DNA from: Hydrolagus affinis
Taxonomy: Eukaryota
NCBI GenBank assembly: GCA_012026655.1
Contig: JAAILG010000295.1
Location: forward strand, 1 to 64,000
DNA: 64,000 nt
Direction of reading: 5' to 3'
The position numbers and the translations under genes were made by a program. This document shows, one piece after another, positions 12,946-26,240 of this stretch. Positions within the stretch are counted from its first letter, which is position 1, and each line of letters opens with the position of its first letter. The notes beneath the pieces are model-generated. The model worked only from the letters and a program-made list of their open reading frames with translations. It did not search any database and was not told the DNA's origin.

Positions 12946-13124
12946 GGGTTGTAGGCTGGAATTGAATCAAGGGGTTCAGATGATTTATGTATATTGTGAT
13001 GGATCCCAGCAAGTTGCTGTTGTTGTTAAAGTTTGTTACAGGCTGACGTCTGATCGAGGTGGTTGATGTATAGAGTGATGGATACAGGGTATGAGTTACA
13101 GGCTGGAATCTAATCGAGGGGTTC
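12946..13124 (+). repeat. Degenerate tandem repeat, about 3 units of roughly 60-85 bp (core gttacaggctggaatctaatcgaggggttc)
   Basis: Core recurs at about 12946, 13035 and 13095, with a gtatagagtgatggat-like spacer after the first two. Confidence 0.65.
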
Positions 13125-14444
13125 AAAGTAGAGAAAGAAAGGAATATAACATATACCAGATGCTTTTATGTTTGACTTGAACTCTGAATTTGACTCCAGC
13201 CCGTAACTCACTCCCAGGCGAAGCAAATTGTTCTCTTCGTTTGAGTCAGTCGGAGTTTTTGTGACTCTGTGAAATGAAAGCCTTTTCAAGAGCTGGTTTA
13301 ATACCGTTCCGCCAAATATGGCAAAACATCCAGTGGGATTATTCATCCTCTTTTCCAAACTGTTTTACTTCCCCCTTTTTATGTTCCTCTCTCTCTTCAC
13401 GTCCCGCCCTCTTCACTCCCCCCAGCCTCCTCAAGCACCCCCACCCCATCCCCCCCCATCTTTGTGCCATGACATAATCTGTAAAAGATTTTGACAATTT
13501 TCACGGCGTTTTAGGAAATTTCACAGAATTCGTGACTAAACATGAGGTGAAATGGCCCGACACTTACTGCGCTTGTCAGTGTTGTCCTGTTAGATGCAGG
13601 ATCCTTATTTTAATTTTCCAATATTTTGTGGGAGTGGGGAAGTTGGCCCTCCAACCTTCACCCACCCATAGTAATGCACTGCTCACAGAACACGTGATTC
13701 ATGCGTGACTGCGATTGCACAACACACCAGCCGCTGTTTATCACTTACCGCTCTGAAGCTTGGCTCAGTGTGGAAGCATGAGAAGAAAAATTCCATCTCA
13801 CTCAAGGGAACAGACTGGTTGAAATGCATAAAGGTGCCTTGGTGCCGACAAGTCACTTTCAGGCTTGTGGAGTCCTGAAAAGTATTAATTTAGAGCACTC
13901 GCCTCAAAAGCGAGAGGACGCGGTTCGATTCCTAGGAGGGTCGAAACCTTAAGGTCAAGGAATCAGGGAATATAACAAATAATACAACAAACAAATAACA
14001 ACAAAATTACATTTGTATAGTGCCTTTCACATCGGGAGGGCATCCCAAGGCACTAAAGCTGTTGCATTTGATATCATGCCTTTCAACAACAACAACTTGC
14101 GTTTATTTAGAACCTCTCACTCAGCGTAGTGTCCCAGATCATTTAACAGTGGTGAACCACTATGTATGCTGTTACAGCAGTGCGGTACTGTAGTGCGCCA
14201 AGTCGAACTATATAAATTTGTATTTATATAGTGGCCTTCACGCTGGGAGGACTTCTTAAAGTGCTTTGCAGGATTTACCGTGAAGTGTTTTTGTGGGTGA
14301 CTGAGGCAGACAATTTTGCTCCCTGTAATGTCCCCCAAACAGTCATGGCTGATTGTATCTAGGATTTGGTGTATCTAGGACTCTGGGAGGAACTCTCTTC
14401 TATTTAAATAGGAACAGGCAAGGATAATTTGGGCCATCAAACAC

Positions 14445-14815
14445 CTGTCAGGTTGGCTCGGTTGAATCAATAGATTGTGGCTTCAAGATCCATGTTGGGA
14501 CCTTGAACTCACAATCTGGGCTGATACTCCAATGTAGTGCTGGGGTGTGCTGCATTGTCAGAGGTGCCTTTGCATTCAGATGTGATTTTAAAACCAAGGT
14601 CCTGTCTCTCTGTCTGTTCAGGTGAAGGCTAAAGATCCAGTATATAAAAACGATCATTCATGGTTATTTATGGGACTCAGATATAAGCAAATTCAGTGCT
14701 ATGTTCACCTATGAGGACAGTCACTCTAATACACAGCAAAATCCTGTGAAGTTCTTTATTGTTGTCTTGACGTTATGATAAAGTGTGATCCCAAATTCAA
14801 GGATTATCATAGTGT
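14445..14815 (+). mobile_element. DeuSINE-like SINE
   Basis: gtgctgcattgtcagaggtgcc...aaaaccaaggtcctgtct...gttcaggtg Deu domain plus head and tail. Confidence 0.75.
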
Positions 14816-15269
14816 TATTCCACATCCCACTGTTACAAATGTCCTTTGGTCCAGTAATCCTCCAACTCATGAGTGTTTACCCAAGCAAGCAGCGTTGCTC
14901 TTTTACCGCACTGCTGTATCAGCATACACTATAACAGCGCACACTGACCTCGAGGCATGTGTACCATCAACCAAGCCAGGCTGAGTTGTGCAACCCTCTG
15001 TGTAACTTCTCTGAACATCACACAAAGCAGCAACCTGCTTTTAGAGGAGCCTCAAGCTGTGTGTTTTGATGCTGTTGTTGTATCTGCCGAGTTGCGGAGC
15101 GGCTGACGTTTGAGAAGCTCAGCTGTGTTGTTGATGGGTACACACAGCTCACACGGGTGAACAACTCTAGAAATATCTACCAACCTCTCGCCTCCCACTC
15201 CACCTATCTCCATCACGTGACTCTTTGCAGTATGCTTTGATCCATGTTGCTTACTTATCAAATCTGATG

Positions 15270-15665
15270 TTGGTACCTGAACTCACATAGTCTAAGCTGA
15301 CACTTTAATACAGTATATGTGTGTTGGGATAGAGGTTGCATTGTTGGAGGTGCCGTCTTTTGGATAAGGTAAACCAAAGCCCCGTCTGCCTGTTCAGGTG
15401 GATTATATATGGTTATATAACTCTTGGCACTATTCAAAAAGAGAAGGGGGTTTCTCTCTCCTGGTTGTCCTGGCCAACAATCCCCAAATAAAATTTGTCG
15501 CTCACTGCATGGTTGTTTGTGTGACACTGCTGTGCAATTGTGTGGCTGAATTTGCCTACAAATATACTGTCACTACATATCCCAATAAATCCTGTGAAGC
15601 GCTTTGAGACATCCTTCCGACGGGATCAGCTGCCTTGCAAAATACAAGGATTATATTGTTATATT
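15270..15665 (+). mobile_element. DeuSINE-like SINE
   Basis: ggaggtgccgtcttttggataag...gtctgcctgttcaggtgga...gtcctggccaacaatcccc; L2-type tail. Confidence 0.8.
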
Positions 15666-16415
15666 TTCCTTGAGGCTTTAAGAGAATGCGCTCCAGAACA
15701 GAAACTCTGGAAAACGTATGTCACAAATACGCTATAAAAATACTCTAGCTCCCCATGAAATACACTCTCTAATTCATTGTGGTTGGATGGTGAGGATTGT
15801 AGCCAACCTCATGCAGAGACATAAAAAATCATGTAGCGTTGGAGGGCATTGACTTTCCAGGGGTTTCACGTAACTAGTACTTCTGATAGGTACAACAGCT
15901 GTCAAAATGGTGCACATTGTGCCTACAAACAATGAGAGCAGAGAAAGAATGAAACGCACACCAGCCTCAGCTGTTGCATGGCACAGGCTGTGCTCCCAGA
16001 CATCGATCATCGTACCAGTGAGATTCCTCGGTCCCAGCTCTTGGTTCCTGTTAATGTTTTAATGACAACAGCCCTTGACACAAGTGCTGATAACGTTGAG
16101 ATGTTTCAATGGCACAGATCATTCCTGTTAGGGAGTACTGCAATGCCTAGAAAACACAAAAGTCACTACACTCTGAAAAATATCCCATAAAGTGCTGAGA
16201 GGCATTTTGATAAAGTGATAAAGTACTATATCAAATGCAAGGATTTTATTGCCTGGTGCTCTGATCAGTCGACACACACATATTTAGGGGTAAAGGATAA
16301 ACAAGGTGCTGGGATTAAAGTTCTATCCTTGCTCTGTGAACTGGTGCAGGCTTGATGGATCGAATGGCTCTGTAGATTTCTATTTTCTATCCGAGCACTG
16401 TAGCTAGTTATTCAG

Positions 16416-16434
16416 TGCTCTAGATGGCGCTGTG
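16416..16434 (+). promoter_or_regulatory. Candidate CTCF motif
   Basis: gctctagatggcgctg matches the CTCF core YAGRKGGCRS, with mismatches in the 5' positions; motif only. Confidence 0.3.
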
Positions 16435-19400
16435 GTTGGAATTCAAGATGGTCAAAAATCATCTAGTGTTGACTGAATGCACATGGGAGCAATCTGCATT
16501 ATTTGGATGTGTTTAAGTATTTGTGAATAAACTTAGGATCTAGGTAGTGTTCCTTTAACCATACAATATATCTACAAGAACTCAACATTTATTAGCAGTT
16601 GTTTGTTTATGTCCATATCTCAGGCTGATATGTAACTTTAATTTCTCTACCCAAACATCAGCTGATTACAGATGTTCCACTTCATTCATAATCAGATACT
16701 ATAGGAAAATAACTAGAGAGGCCAGGGGATAGATTGACAGATAGACAGAGATATATCCTTGCTTTGGAAGTAAAAGTACATGGATACGGAAGAAAGGAAA
16801 AAGTAGGATTGAGAGACACCCTATATCAGGTCCAGGCTTGATGGGCTTCAAGAATAACAACAACATGCATTATATAATGGTATTCATGTAGGGTAGCATG
16901 TCAGAGTACTCAACAATTATTTAGTTTGGCTCTGAGCTTGGGAGAAAGGGGAGGTGACAGAAGACAAGGTTGAAGAGTAAAGTCTTCAGGTATGATCTGA
17001 AGATGGGCAAAGAAGGGACAAAGCAGAGGGATTGAGTCCTCCTCCTCCTATGAACTTCAAATACATGGATTATTTGCCCCATGTGGAAGGATTGAGATCC
17101 AGAGAAAGTGACCTGCCTCAATACAGAGTGTTCACTGTGGAGGCTGAGAAACCTACACTGCAGTAAAACATTATACTTTAAGTCATTTAACTGGATAGAA
17201 AATGTGATGGATTCAGAGACCAGCTGTTCCTAGGGAGCTTTGTGAAGAGATTGTCTGCTTAACCATTTGGCTACTGTGGCGCTGTCTGCCTGATTTAATC
17301 TATTCAGTGACGGGTGTGCTAATGTCTCACACAGAGAATGGCCCTCGTGTGTTCATTGTTGATGGACTACATCAATCTCCTGGTGTCTTTCTGATGTAAT
17401 TTTTGGAGCATTGTATGTATATCGAAATCAAGACCCTTGTCTCGGCATTCGAATCTCTCTATGACCTCCTTCTACCTTAACTTAGCCACTTTCTGTAAGC
17501 CTGCCACCCCAATCCTTCACTTTGGGGCTGTCTCCCTCCGTTCCCTCTGCTGAACCGAACTTCGGGCTGCTTCACGTCCTGCACCACCATTGGTGGGTAA
17601 GCTTTCAGCAATTCCGCCCCTGCACTCTGGAACTCCAACCCAGAAGTGAGAGCGCTACCACTGAGACATAGGAACATAGGAAGTTCCTATGACTCGGTCC
17701 GGCTGAACATGGGAAGCATAAGGAGTTCTTATAACTCAGTGCTTAGAACTCTCGCCTCGAAAGTGAGAGGCCTGGGTTAGATTTGCAGAAGAGTGCGCAA
17801 TTGGCTGCCGAGTTTCGGACAGCAGAGTTTAGATAGGTCAGAGGTTATTGGAGGGTAGAACTCAGCAGACCAGCTACAATTAAGAGAAGAGAACACATTT
17901 TTTGAACATGATGTGCTTTACGCAGAGACCGATCATTCCTGGCAGTGACAGATATAGAATCCAGGCTCTTGCAGGGAATGCGAAAAATCACTGAATCGGA
18001 TGTTTTCATTTCCCTCGGGTTCTGGGGAATCATTTTTTGACACTGAGACGGGGCTTTAATGAGGACCAAGAGGAACAGCCTCAATACTGTGAAGTCTGGG
18101 GGCATTTTTTCTGTTGTGTTCTGGATATAGTTGGTTAGGCTCTCAAACCACGTGAAAGTTACTCAATACCAATAATGCTTGCATTTGACACCGCACCTAT
18201 CATGTTGGGAAGACATCTAAAAGGGTTTTACAGGATTGCTATTGTGAAGTGAATGCTTGCTTGCATGCATGGAGGTGAGACCTTTCTGCATGCGTCAGAT
18301 GCCTGGCTGACCAAAAGGAAAGTGCATAAAATGCATTTCTCCTTAAACATTCGAGGATCTGCCGGAAAGTTGATGAAGCAAATTCCTAACAAACTGTGAA
18401 TCCGTCTTGCAAATAGGTCCCTGGAGTGCTTTAGAGAGTGATGGAGGTTGACGATTCAAAAACCTAATTCATTATCCAAACTTTCAGAGCTATATAAGTG
18501 TGGATTTGCATATGTGTTGGGGGTGCAGGGGAGAAAATTAAAACAAAAGGATAAGTTGTGAGCTGAAAGAGAGAGATACAGGATATAGCCTCCTTGTCAG
18601 AAGGAAACAGCATTTAATGATGATTCATTATTATGCATTTTGTTAGCCTGCACAAGATTTGAACAAGATTAGTAACTGAATATTGCAGTGGTGTCTCCTC
18701 AAGTCCTGTACAATGGGGATTTGTGGGCTGGCTAATCGGCAATTCTACACTGGATACAATATTCCAAATGTGCGGTCTCTGGGCAGCAATTATGTGCAAT
18801 GCGGAAAAATTACTGCAATTAGTTACTGTTTTCATTAATATCATGCTTATTGATGGCTCCGCTGGGCATGCGTTGACATGGGCAGAAGGGCGGTCTGAGG
18901 GAAGGAGGAGACAGCTCTGTTTATGATGATTCTAATGCTGCTCGCCCCTGGAAAGATGTTTCCCGATTATTACCAGAAGCTTCCACGCTTGTGTTTATGG
19001 AGATATTAGTTGAGTCCGGGGAACGAACACCCCCTTGTAGCGGTTGAGCCTGGAAATGAGTTAAGCTTTTGCACTGCTCAGCAGGGGGCTTGTGATCACA
19101 AGGACGGTGAGAGCTACCACCACCCACCCCATGATTGGGTCATTAATCAGAATCCTTCCTTTACCTGGGAAAAACTTTCCAACAACAGTCAAATGCCCAA
19201 ACCCCTGGCTGGCTGCAGTGAGACCTTGTGTCTGAGCTGCTGCTTCAGGCTTGTAAGCAACACGCCAGCTCCTCCTACGCATCAACATCCAAATCATCAA
19301 TATCACTGTCCATTTTTAATAATGCTAACTGCTAAACCATCAGTTTTCATTGTTGTATTACCACCATGTGCTGTGAGGCTGTCTTCCTGAGATAGTTTCA

Positions 19401-20464
19401 CCCCCTACCATCTCTTCTTGGTGAGGCATTCTATCCAGCGCCTGAAGGCAGAGTTGCATTAACTTCCAGTTAGGTAGTGGGTTCAAGCCCCAGGTCAAGG
19501 ACTGTGAACTCACATGGTCTAGACTGACACCGCAAGGCAGTGCTGGGGAAGCAATGTAATGTTGGAGATGCCGTCCTTTGGATGAGATGCTAGATGGAGG
19601 TCCCATCTTCCCTGGCGATTCTTGAGCCTGATGCAGTTTTTTAATCGTGATCTTGAGTTTCACGAATTCCAAGACATCAGGTCACTTTGGCAGAATCACA
19701 CGTTGACCACTAAAAGTGATCTCTGTCTCCTAGTCCACCAACACTCTCTAAATATTATTCTACCAAGTAATACTTTTACAAAGAGTGTTTGATTGATTCC
19801 CTTGTTGCCGGTATCTTGACAGTCGTTGTTTGCACAGGGTGTGACAGAGCCAGTGAGCCCGCATACTTGGTTACTAACCAGTAATCTCTGGATTCAGTAG
19901 ACAAACAGAGAGGACGTCTCGGCCAGGTCACCTCAAGGACCCGGTCACGGCAATTGCAGACTGTTTAGGAATTCTTCACGTTGGGAGAACTGATCCCCCA
20001 AAATATAGGATAATATGGCTTCAGATTACCTGTCATTTCTTTCCCTACTGGGCTAATGTCATCCGCAGATCTGACAGATTTTGAGAAATGGTTGTGTGTT
20101 AACATAACAGCTGCCCCATAAAAAGGCACCAAAACTAGTAGACGGCAACAAGGCTGACAACACATGAGCAAGTGATGAAGAAGAGGATAATAGTTAAATA
20201 CACAAAGGCTGATTGCTGTGTCGGGGTGAACAGTAAGTCAAGCATCATGGACAGTGATGGACAGTCATACAAAGACTTGAGTTACAGGCCAAACGTAGAG
20301 GTGAAAGCCTTAAAACTAGTTCAGTGGAAAGTTCAACATTAACTTGCATGTATGCAGTGCTCTTCACGTGGGGTAGAGCCCCTGAGTGTGTAGTTTGACG
20401 CTGAGCCTTCTGACTCAGAAGCGGGTCCTACCGAGTGTCTTTCTATTCCTTTCTCCCTCATGTG

Positions 20465-20733
20465 AGATACATGAGTTCAACTCCCAGTAGGGTGAAACCT
20501 TGGGCAAGTTTCCTTACTCCACATGCCTGATAATAATCCCTCAAAAAATCCAATAATCATTTGGTTACTCAATCCACGGCTGTTTGTGGGACACTGCTGT
20601 GCGCAATTGGCTGCCACGTTTCGCCCACAAACATAAAATCAATTAACTTTACAGTATATTCAGTGAAGTGCAAGTCTAGAAGACGTGAAAAACGCTATAT
20701 CAAATGCAAGGATCATTATTATTATTATTATTA
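20465..20733 (+). mobile_element. tRNA-derived SINE, short form, 5'-clipped
   Basis: gaaaccttgggcaagtttccttactccacatgcctgataataatccc...tail and (ATT)n. Confidence 0.88.
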
Positions 20734-22477
20734 TGCGTGTATCTAGCTTCCTCTTTGAATCGGTCTTAAGGTGGGTTATAAAGTTGGTGCTGGAGTGAAC
20801 AAGGCAGAGGGGCTACAGGATGGAGTTCCAGAGACAGTCACTATCTTATACAAGCTATCTGGATAGGGAAAGAAAAATGGCTGGACTCAGTGGCCAGATT
20901 CCGGTTTATCCTACTGGGACAATCCGATTGAGTGTTGAGAGAGGAGGTGGAAGAATGAACCATGAACAATGCTGATTAATGATTGCGGCAAGGAATCTGG
21001 AAGGCTCTGGGGGACACATTGAAAATGAAACGTAACCATGAAAAAGCAATGATTTTTATGGAGTTGACCTCTTCCACCAGGGAGAAGGTGAGATTAGTCA
21101 ACAGCAAAGTGTCCTGTTTAACATGCCCAGCCTGAGCCAAATTTCAGATTTTGTTCCAGATTTTAACCCTTCCCCGACAATGATCATATTCAAGGCAACA
21201 CTGTCAACTGTTTCTCCAGTAAATCAAGGTCAGCCAACTCTCTTGGGGTCAGTCTCTCTTGAGAAGAGGCATAGTTTTCAGTGTTCTGATATGCAGCCTA
21301 GCTCAGTTTGGAGCCTAGTTGTCTACGGGTCTGAAGGTCTTGGGTTTGAGCCACAGGTTGGAAGTTTGAGCTCATAGTACAGCCTTGCATCTAATGCTGT
21401 ACAGCAGCAATTTACATTTATATACTGTAGCACCTTTCACATCAGAGGGTGTCTTCAAGAGCTTCACACAACTGACTGGGAGCCCCAGCTGGGAGGAGGC
21501 TAATAATAATTATACTAATTCTTTCATTTGACACTGTACCTTATCATGTAGTTGAGGCGCTTCACAGAATAAACTGTAATGTGTAGTGTCTCTGATGGCA
21601 CTTTGTGAAGCAAGCAACATCTGCAGCACTTCTTATTATAATTCTTGCATTTGATACTATGTCTTTCAAGTTGGGAGGATATCTCAAAGTGCTTAAATGT
21701 AAAGTTAACTGCCTGCATTTTGCAGGCAAACACAGCAGCTAATTTGTCCATGAACAGCTCTGAAGTGATTGAGGCATTTTATCTGGGTAAATAGTTGACC
21801 ACCAAGAGAAATTCCCTTTAATAACTCTAAAATGACCCTTGAACATCCAGCAATATTATCCCAATACGTCCAGAGAGCTTCTGAATGCAGTTGACGTTAC
21901 GTGCCTTCAGTCAGTTCCTTTGTTGACTTGTCATGACCTGATTTACTCCCCATGGTTGTTCTGTACCTTGCCTCAGACAACTTGAGGTCAGGTCACTGAG
22001 TGAGACCATGGAAGATTATAACTACATTACCGCAGTTCATAGAGTAATACTATCTCCTGGACTGGTTACTTCCTAGTGTGGTGTCTTTAAGTCATCTGGG
22101 TGGTAGAGACCTCTCAAGCTGTCAAAGGTCATTAAGCCTATGGATTTATGGAAAGGAAAGGGATAATCACAACTATTTAAGGGGAAAAGGTGATGTTACT
22201 ATGTGGACCTTGTTGTACAGCTTTCTGCACATGAATATTTATGCTTGTTTGGAGATGGATAACTATTACTGATCAGAAAGATGAATTGGAGAGCTTTTTA
22301 CAGAGTTAGGACTATTTATTAATTTTTTGATAAAAATTGTTTCAGCTGCACTTATTTCTCACGCAACTGTGTTGATCTATAATATTTATGCCTAGTGCCT
22401 TCGGGGCGCAAACCCACAGAAGGGATTGTTACCCCTGGCAAGCTATCCACCAACTGAGTAACAACTGGGTGCCTGTT

Positions 22478-22590
22478 TAGAATCATAGAATTTTATGGCA
22501 CAAAAGGAGGCCATTCAGCCCATCTAGTCTGTGCCAGCTCTTTGAAAAGTGCAACTCAATCCCACTGCCCAGCTCTCTCCCCATAACCTA
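22478..22590 (-). mobile_element. CR1 3' terminal fragment, same family as 9313-10306
   Basis: gaatcatagaattttatggcacaaaaggaggccattcagccc...ccagctctctccccataac closely matches 9320-9428. Confidence 0.85.
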
Positions 22591-23419
22591 ACATTTACTG
22601 CTAGGTAAACAGGCATATGGAGTAAGGAAACTTGCCTACAGTTTTTCCCTACCCAAGAATTGAACTTGGGTCCACTCACTTGCGAGTACTCTAACCAAAG
22701 GACTCCTTTGAGCCATCAGTGTTCTATCTGAACAGTGATGGTTTACTTCATCTATCCCATGAATTGACGCCACAAAGGTTTCTAAGAGATGTCCCTTTTC
22801 AAAGCTGGATTGCAGCATAAATTGGTGTTTCCAAACCTGCTGTGTTTCCAGACCTTTGTTTCACTGTTAATACATGATTTGTGTTGCAGCATTATAATCA
22901 GCCCTGCACTGGTCTTTCTAAAGCTGCTCAACACCTGCCTGACCCAGGGGAACAGCAGAAGTATAAATATTCCCTGTGGCATTTAAGTACAGAGCCTCAA
23001 CATCTGTACGGGTTAAATCCCCTCTGTAAATCCCGCTGCTTGAATATAAACATTTTTGTGGATGACGAGAAAACAAAAGCCCCCCAAAGTAAAACGTTAG
23101 CGTTCTCTGAAGGACCTTCTGATATTTCCCTGTTCCATAGACACAACAGCACGTGCAGAAGCAGTTCGAAAATAGTTTCAGATCTCTGTTCAGAGCAGGG
23201 ACGTTTCGTCAATTTGAAGCTTTAGAGATGTCAGCTTGTATTCGGTGCTTTGATGGTGCATGTGTTTCCATGTCAGCCTGATGTGCCACTCGATGCCTGC
23301 ACTTACTTTTACGTGCCGTGAGACAGCATTACGCACTGTCAATTAACATTCATTTCTCCTTACAGTGTTTTAGTTCATCCACATTGACATGTCTCGCTCA
23401 GTGTGCTACCAGGTCAAGA

Positions 23420-23610
23420 GGCGGATGCCAGGAAGTATTTTTTTACTCAGAAGGTAATTAAAGACTGGAATTGGTTACCAGGATAGGTAATTGAGGTTAG
23501 GAATGTTGGGATCATTTAAGAAACTGATCGATGTTATGATGGGAGGCTGGTGGGGATGGTAGTTTGTAAGGATAAGATTAAATAGGCCTTCTTCACCTGA
23601 ACCGATCTTG
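23420..23610 (+). mobile_element. Old CR1 3' fragment
   Basis: aggaagtatttttttactcagaaggtaatt...tggaat encodes the RKYFFTQ.V...WN CR1 ORF2 terminal motif. Confidence 0.65.
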
Positions 23611-25065
23611 TGTGAACGTGTGGAGACCATTTATCCCATCAAGCTCACTGTACTATTTATTGGTTCAAGTTGACCTTATTTCTTTATTTCCACCTTTTCC
23701 CCAACTTTTTTTTCTTCCTCCATAGCTATGTATTTTCTTTCCCTTTTTAAACACCCAAATTGGCTATGCATTGACTACCCCCTGAAGCAGTGCAGTCCAC
23801 ATCTGCACTGGATGGTTTTCTCAGATGTTCTGTCAGCACAGATCAGGGATTAGAGCTGCTGAGGATTTAATTTAAAGGATTCTCCTTTACCCAGAACAGA
23901 TTCAGTGTGTCTCTTCTTGTGTGCCATATTTCCCTGGCTTATCCTCTGATGTGGGAAGGGTGGGGAAGCGGGTCAGCAAGGTTACAAAGGGAGAAGCTGG
24001 TCAAACATAGAAGCTCTTTTATTTGGTTTGATCCTTCAGGTGACATTGTAAGGCTGCTTCCTGAGAGCGTAGGACCAGACATCAATGTCATGCCCTCTCT
24101 CAGTGCTGTTGCCTGCTCAATCACTTTCCTCTCTGGCCTGAGTGCTGCTGGTTTGTGCATTAATGCCTTCAGGCGCTAGAGGTTAAAGCACTGACAAGTG
24201 AAAATACTCGTATCAAATAGATGCCTTGCAACAACTAATCACCCGAGCGATTCTTCCAGAAGTATGGGATCTGTCACATGCCAATTACTAATTGATGATA
24301 ATCCTTGCATTTGATTTAGCAGCTCTTACATTGAAAACATTCCCATCGCTACCCAACACCTGGCAACAGCAAAGCAGGGAAGGGATTTGATGACCAATAA
24401 TAATAATCCTTGCATTTGATATAGCTTCATATCATGTCTTCGAGACGTTTCAAATCCCTTCTCAGAATATACTGTAAAGTGTATATTTTGTGGGCAAAAC
24501 ATGGCAGCCAATTCCATACAGCAATGTCCCACAGATGGTGGTGGATTGAGTGACCATTTTTTAAAGAGATCAATGAAGGGGAAAATTTGCTATTAAAAAA
24601 AATACACCATCAGTACACTTTACTGTATATCCTATGATGCACTTTGAGCTCTGGGCACGAAATGTGATGTGTCAAATGAAGGATTATTATTATTCATCTT
24701 GCACCCAATTTGTAGCCTTGCTTACCATTCATGGTTGTTGCATGTTGCTGTGTGCAAATTGGGAGGCAGGATACAACCTGTGCCACCCATGCTCACTTCT
24801 TCATCCTTGGCAATTGGCTGCAAAAACAGGATCTAAGTGCAGAGATCGGAGGTGAAATGCTAATCATAGATTCCTCCGATTGACTACTCCACCCCCCACC
24901 AGCTGCAATGTCTTTAATTCACAACAGATGGCACTGGATGGAAAGGTTTGTAATTTGCAAGGTGGGCAAGAATTTTTACAATGTTGCACCTTAGTAATAA
25001 CATCTCTGGGAAGCTTTAACGTAAAGTTTTGACTATTCTTCATATGTTAATTGCAGCAGCCATCT

Positions 25066-25870
25066 TGTTGAGGCTGGCAGCGCCCGCACATTGGGCACTG
25101 CCAGCCTCAACATCCAAGGCTGTACTCTCCACCTCACAAAGCCAGTCAGGAACCTCGGCATCACGTTCGACCATAAACTCTCCTTCCTCCCCCACATCCG
25201 TGCCTTGACCGGCACCGCTTATTTCCACCTACACAACATTGCCGGGCTCCGCAACTATCTCACCCCCCACGCTGCTCGCGTACATCACCTCACCGCTGGA
25301 CTACGGAAACTCTCTCCTCGTCAGCCTCCCCAGCTCCTCCATTCACAGGCTGCAGGTCATTCAAAACTCTGCAGCCCGTGTACTATCCCACACCTGCCTC
25401 CGCGACCACATAACCCCCCGTCTCCACTGGCTCCCCATCCTCCAGAGGATCGAGTTCAAGAACCTCGTCCTCACCTTCAAGGCCTTACCCCGCCCTATTT
25501 AACCGATTTACTCTCCCCCTATAAGCCTATCCGGACCCTCCGTTCAGCAGGAATTGGCCTGCTCCAAGCTCCCCGCCCGAACCGCCCCACCATCGGAGGC
25601 CGGGCCTTCAGTTTCTCCGCTCCCACCCTGTGGAATTCCATTCCCCAATCCCTCCGCCTTGTTTCTTCCCTTTCCTCTTTCAAGGCTGGTTTGAAGACTT
25701 TCCTCTTCGACCGTGCCTTTTGTTCCTCCCAGAATTTTTCGACCTCCCCTACGTGTTTCACCCCTTCCCGAACACTCCCCTCCCAGCTCGGGTCACACGC
25801 CTCTTGTGCAGCGCCTTGGGACGTCCTCCCGACGTGAAAGGCGCTTTATAAGTTTAAGTTGTTGTTGTTG
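25066..25870 (+). mobile_element. Young L2 (L2/Crack group) LINE, 5'-truncated, with small deletions; (GTT)n tail
   Basis: ORF2 C-terminal motifs VRNLGITFD, LQVIQNSAARVL, LHWLPILQRIEFK, GGRAFSFSAPTLWNS, FKAGLKTFLF; tail gcgccttgggacgtc...gtgaaaggcgctttataag; CpG retained. Confidence 0.95.
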
Positions 25871-25884
25871 TATGTCAGCCAATT

Positions 25885-26240
25885 TCAGTTGTTTGAGTTC
25901 ACAGGCTAGGCTGATGCTTCAAAGCAGTGCTGTCAAAGTACTGCATTGTTGGACATGCTGTCCTGTGGTTCAGATGTTAAACCGAGGTCCCATCTGCTAA
26001 TTCAGTTTGATGTTAAAGATCTCATGGAGCTATACCAAAAGAGAAACAGAGGTTTTCCTGAAGATGGGAGGTGTTCTGGGCAACAACCTAACAAGCTAGA
26101 CAGGAAATTCATTTCATGGCTGTTTGTGGGATGTCGCTCTGTGCAAAAGGACACTGTCATTGCACTTGCAGTAAGTCATGCAAAGTGTTTTGAGGCATCC
26201 TGCTGACATGAAAGGCACCATGAGTGTAAAAAGTATTATA
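25885..26240 (+). mobile_element. DeuSINE-like SINE
   Basis: gatgttaaaccgaggtcccatctgc...gatgttaaagatctcatgg Deu motif plus tail. Confidence 0.7.

Noticed and set aside
13742-13820. Minus-strand consensus donor GCG|GTAAGTGA
   Set aside because: No convincing acceptor or recognisable reading frame; such matches are expected by chance in 64 kb
14207-14232. 11-bp AT-rich inverted repeat
   Set aside because: Short, low-complexity and overlapping an L2-type tail; not distinguishable from chance
25091-25837. Longest ORFs (248 aa here, 227 aa at 40368-41051, 176-178 aa at 58000-58969) as host genes
   Set aside because: They are frameshifted pieces of L2 ORF2, not cellular genes
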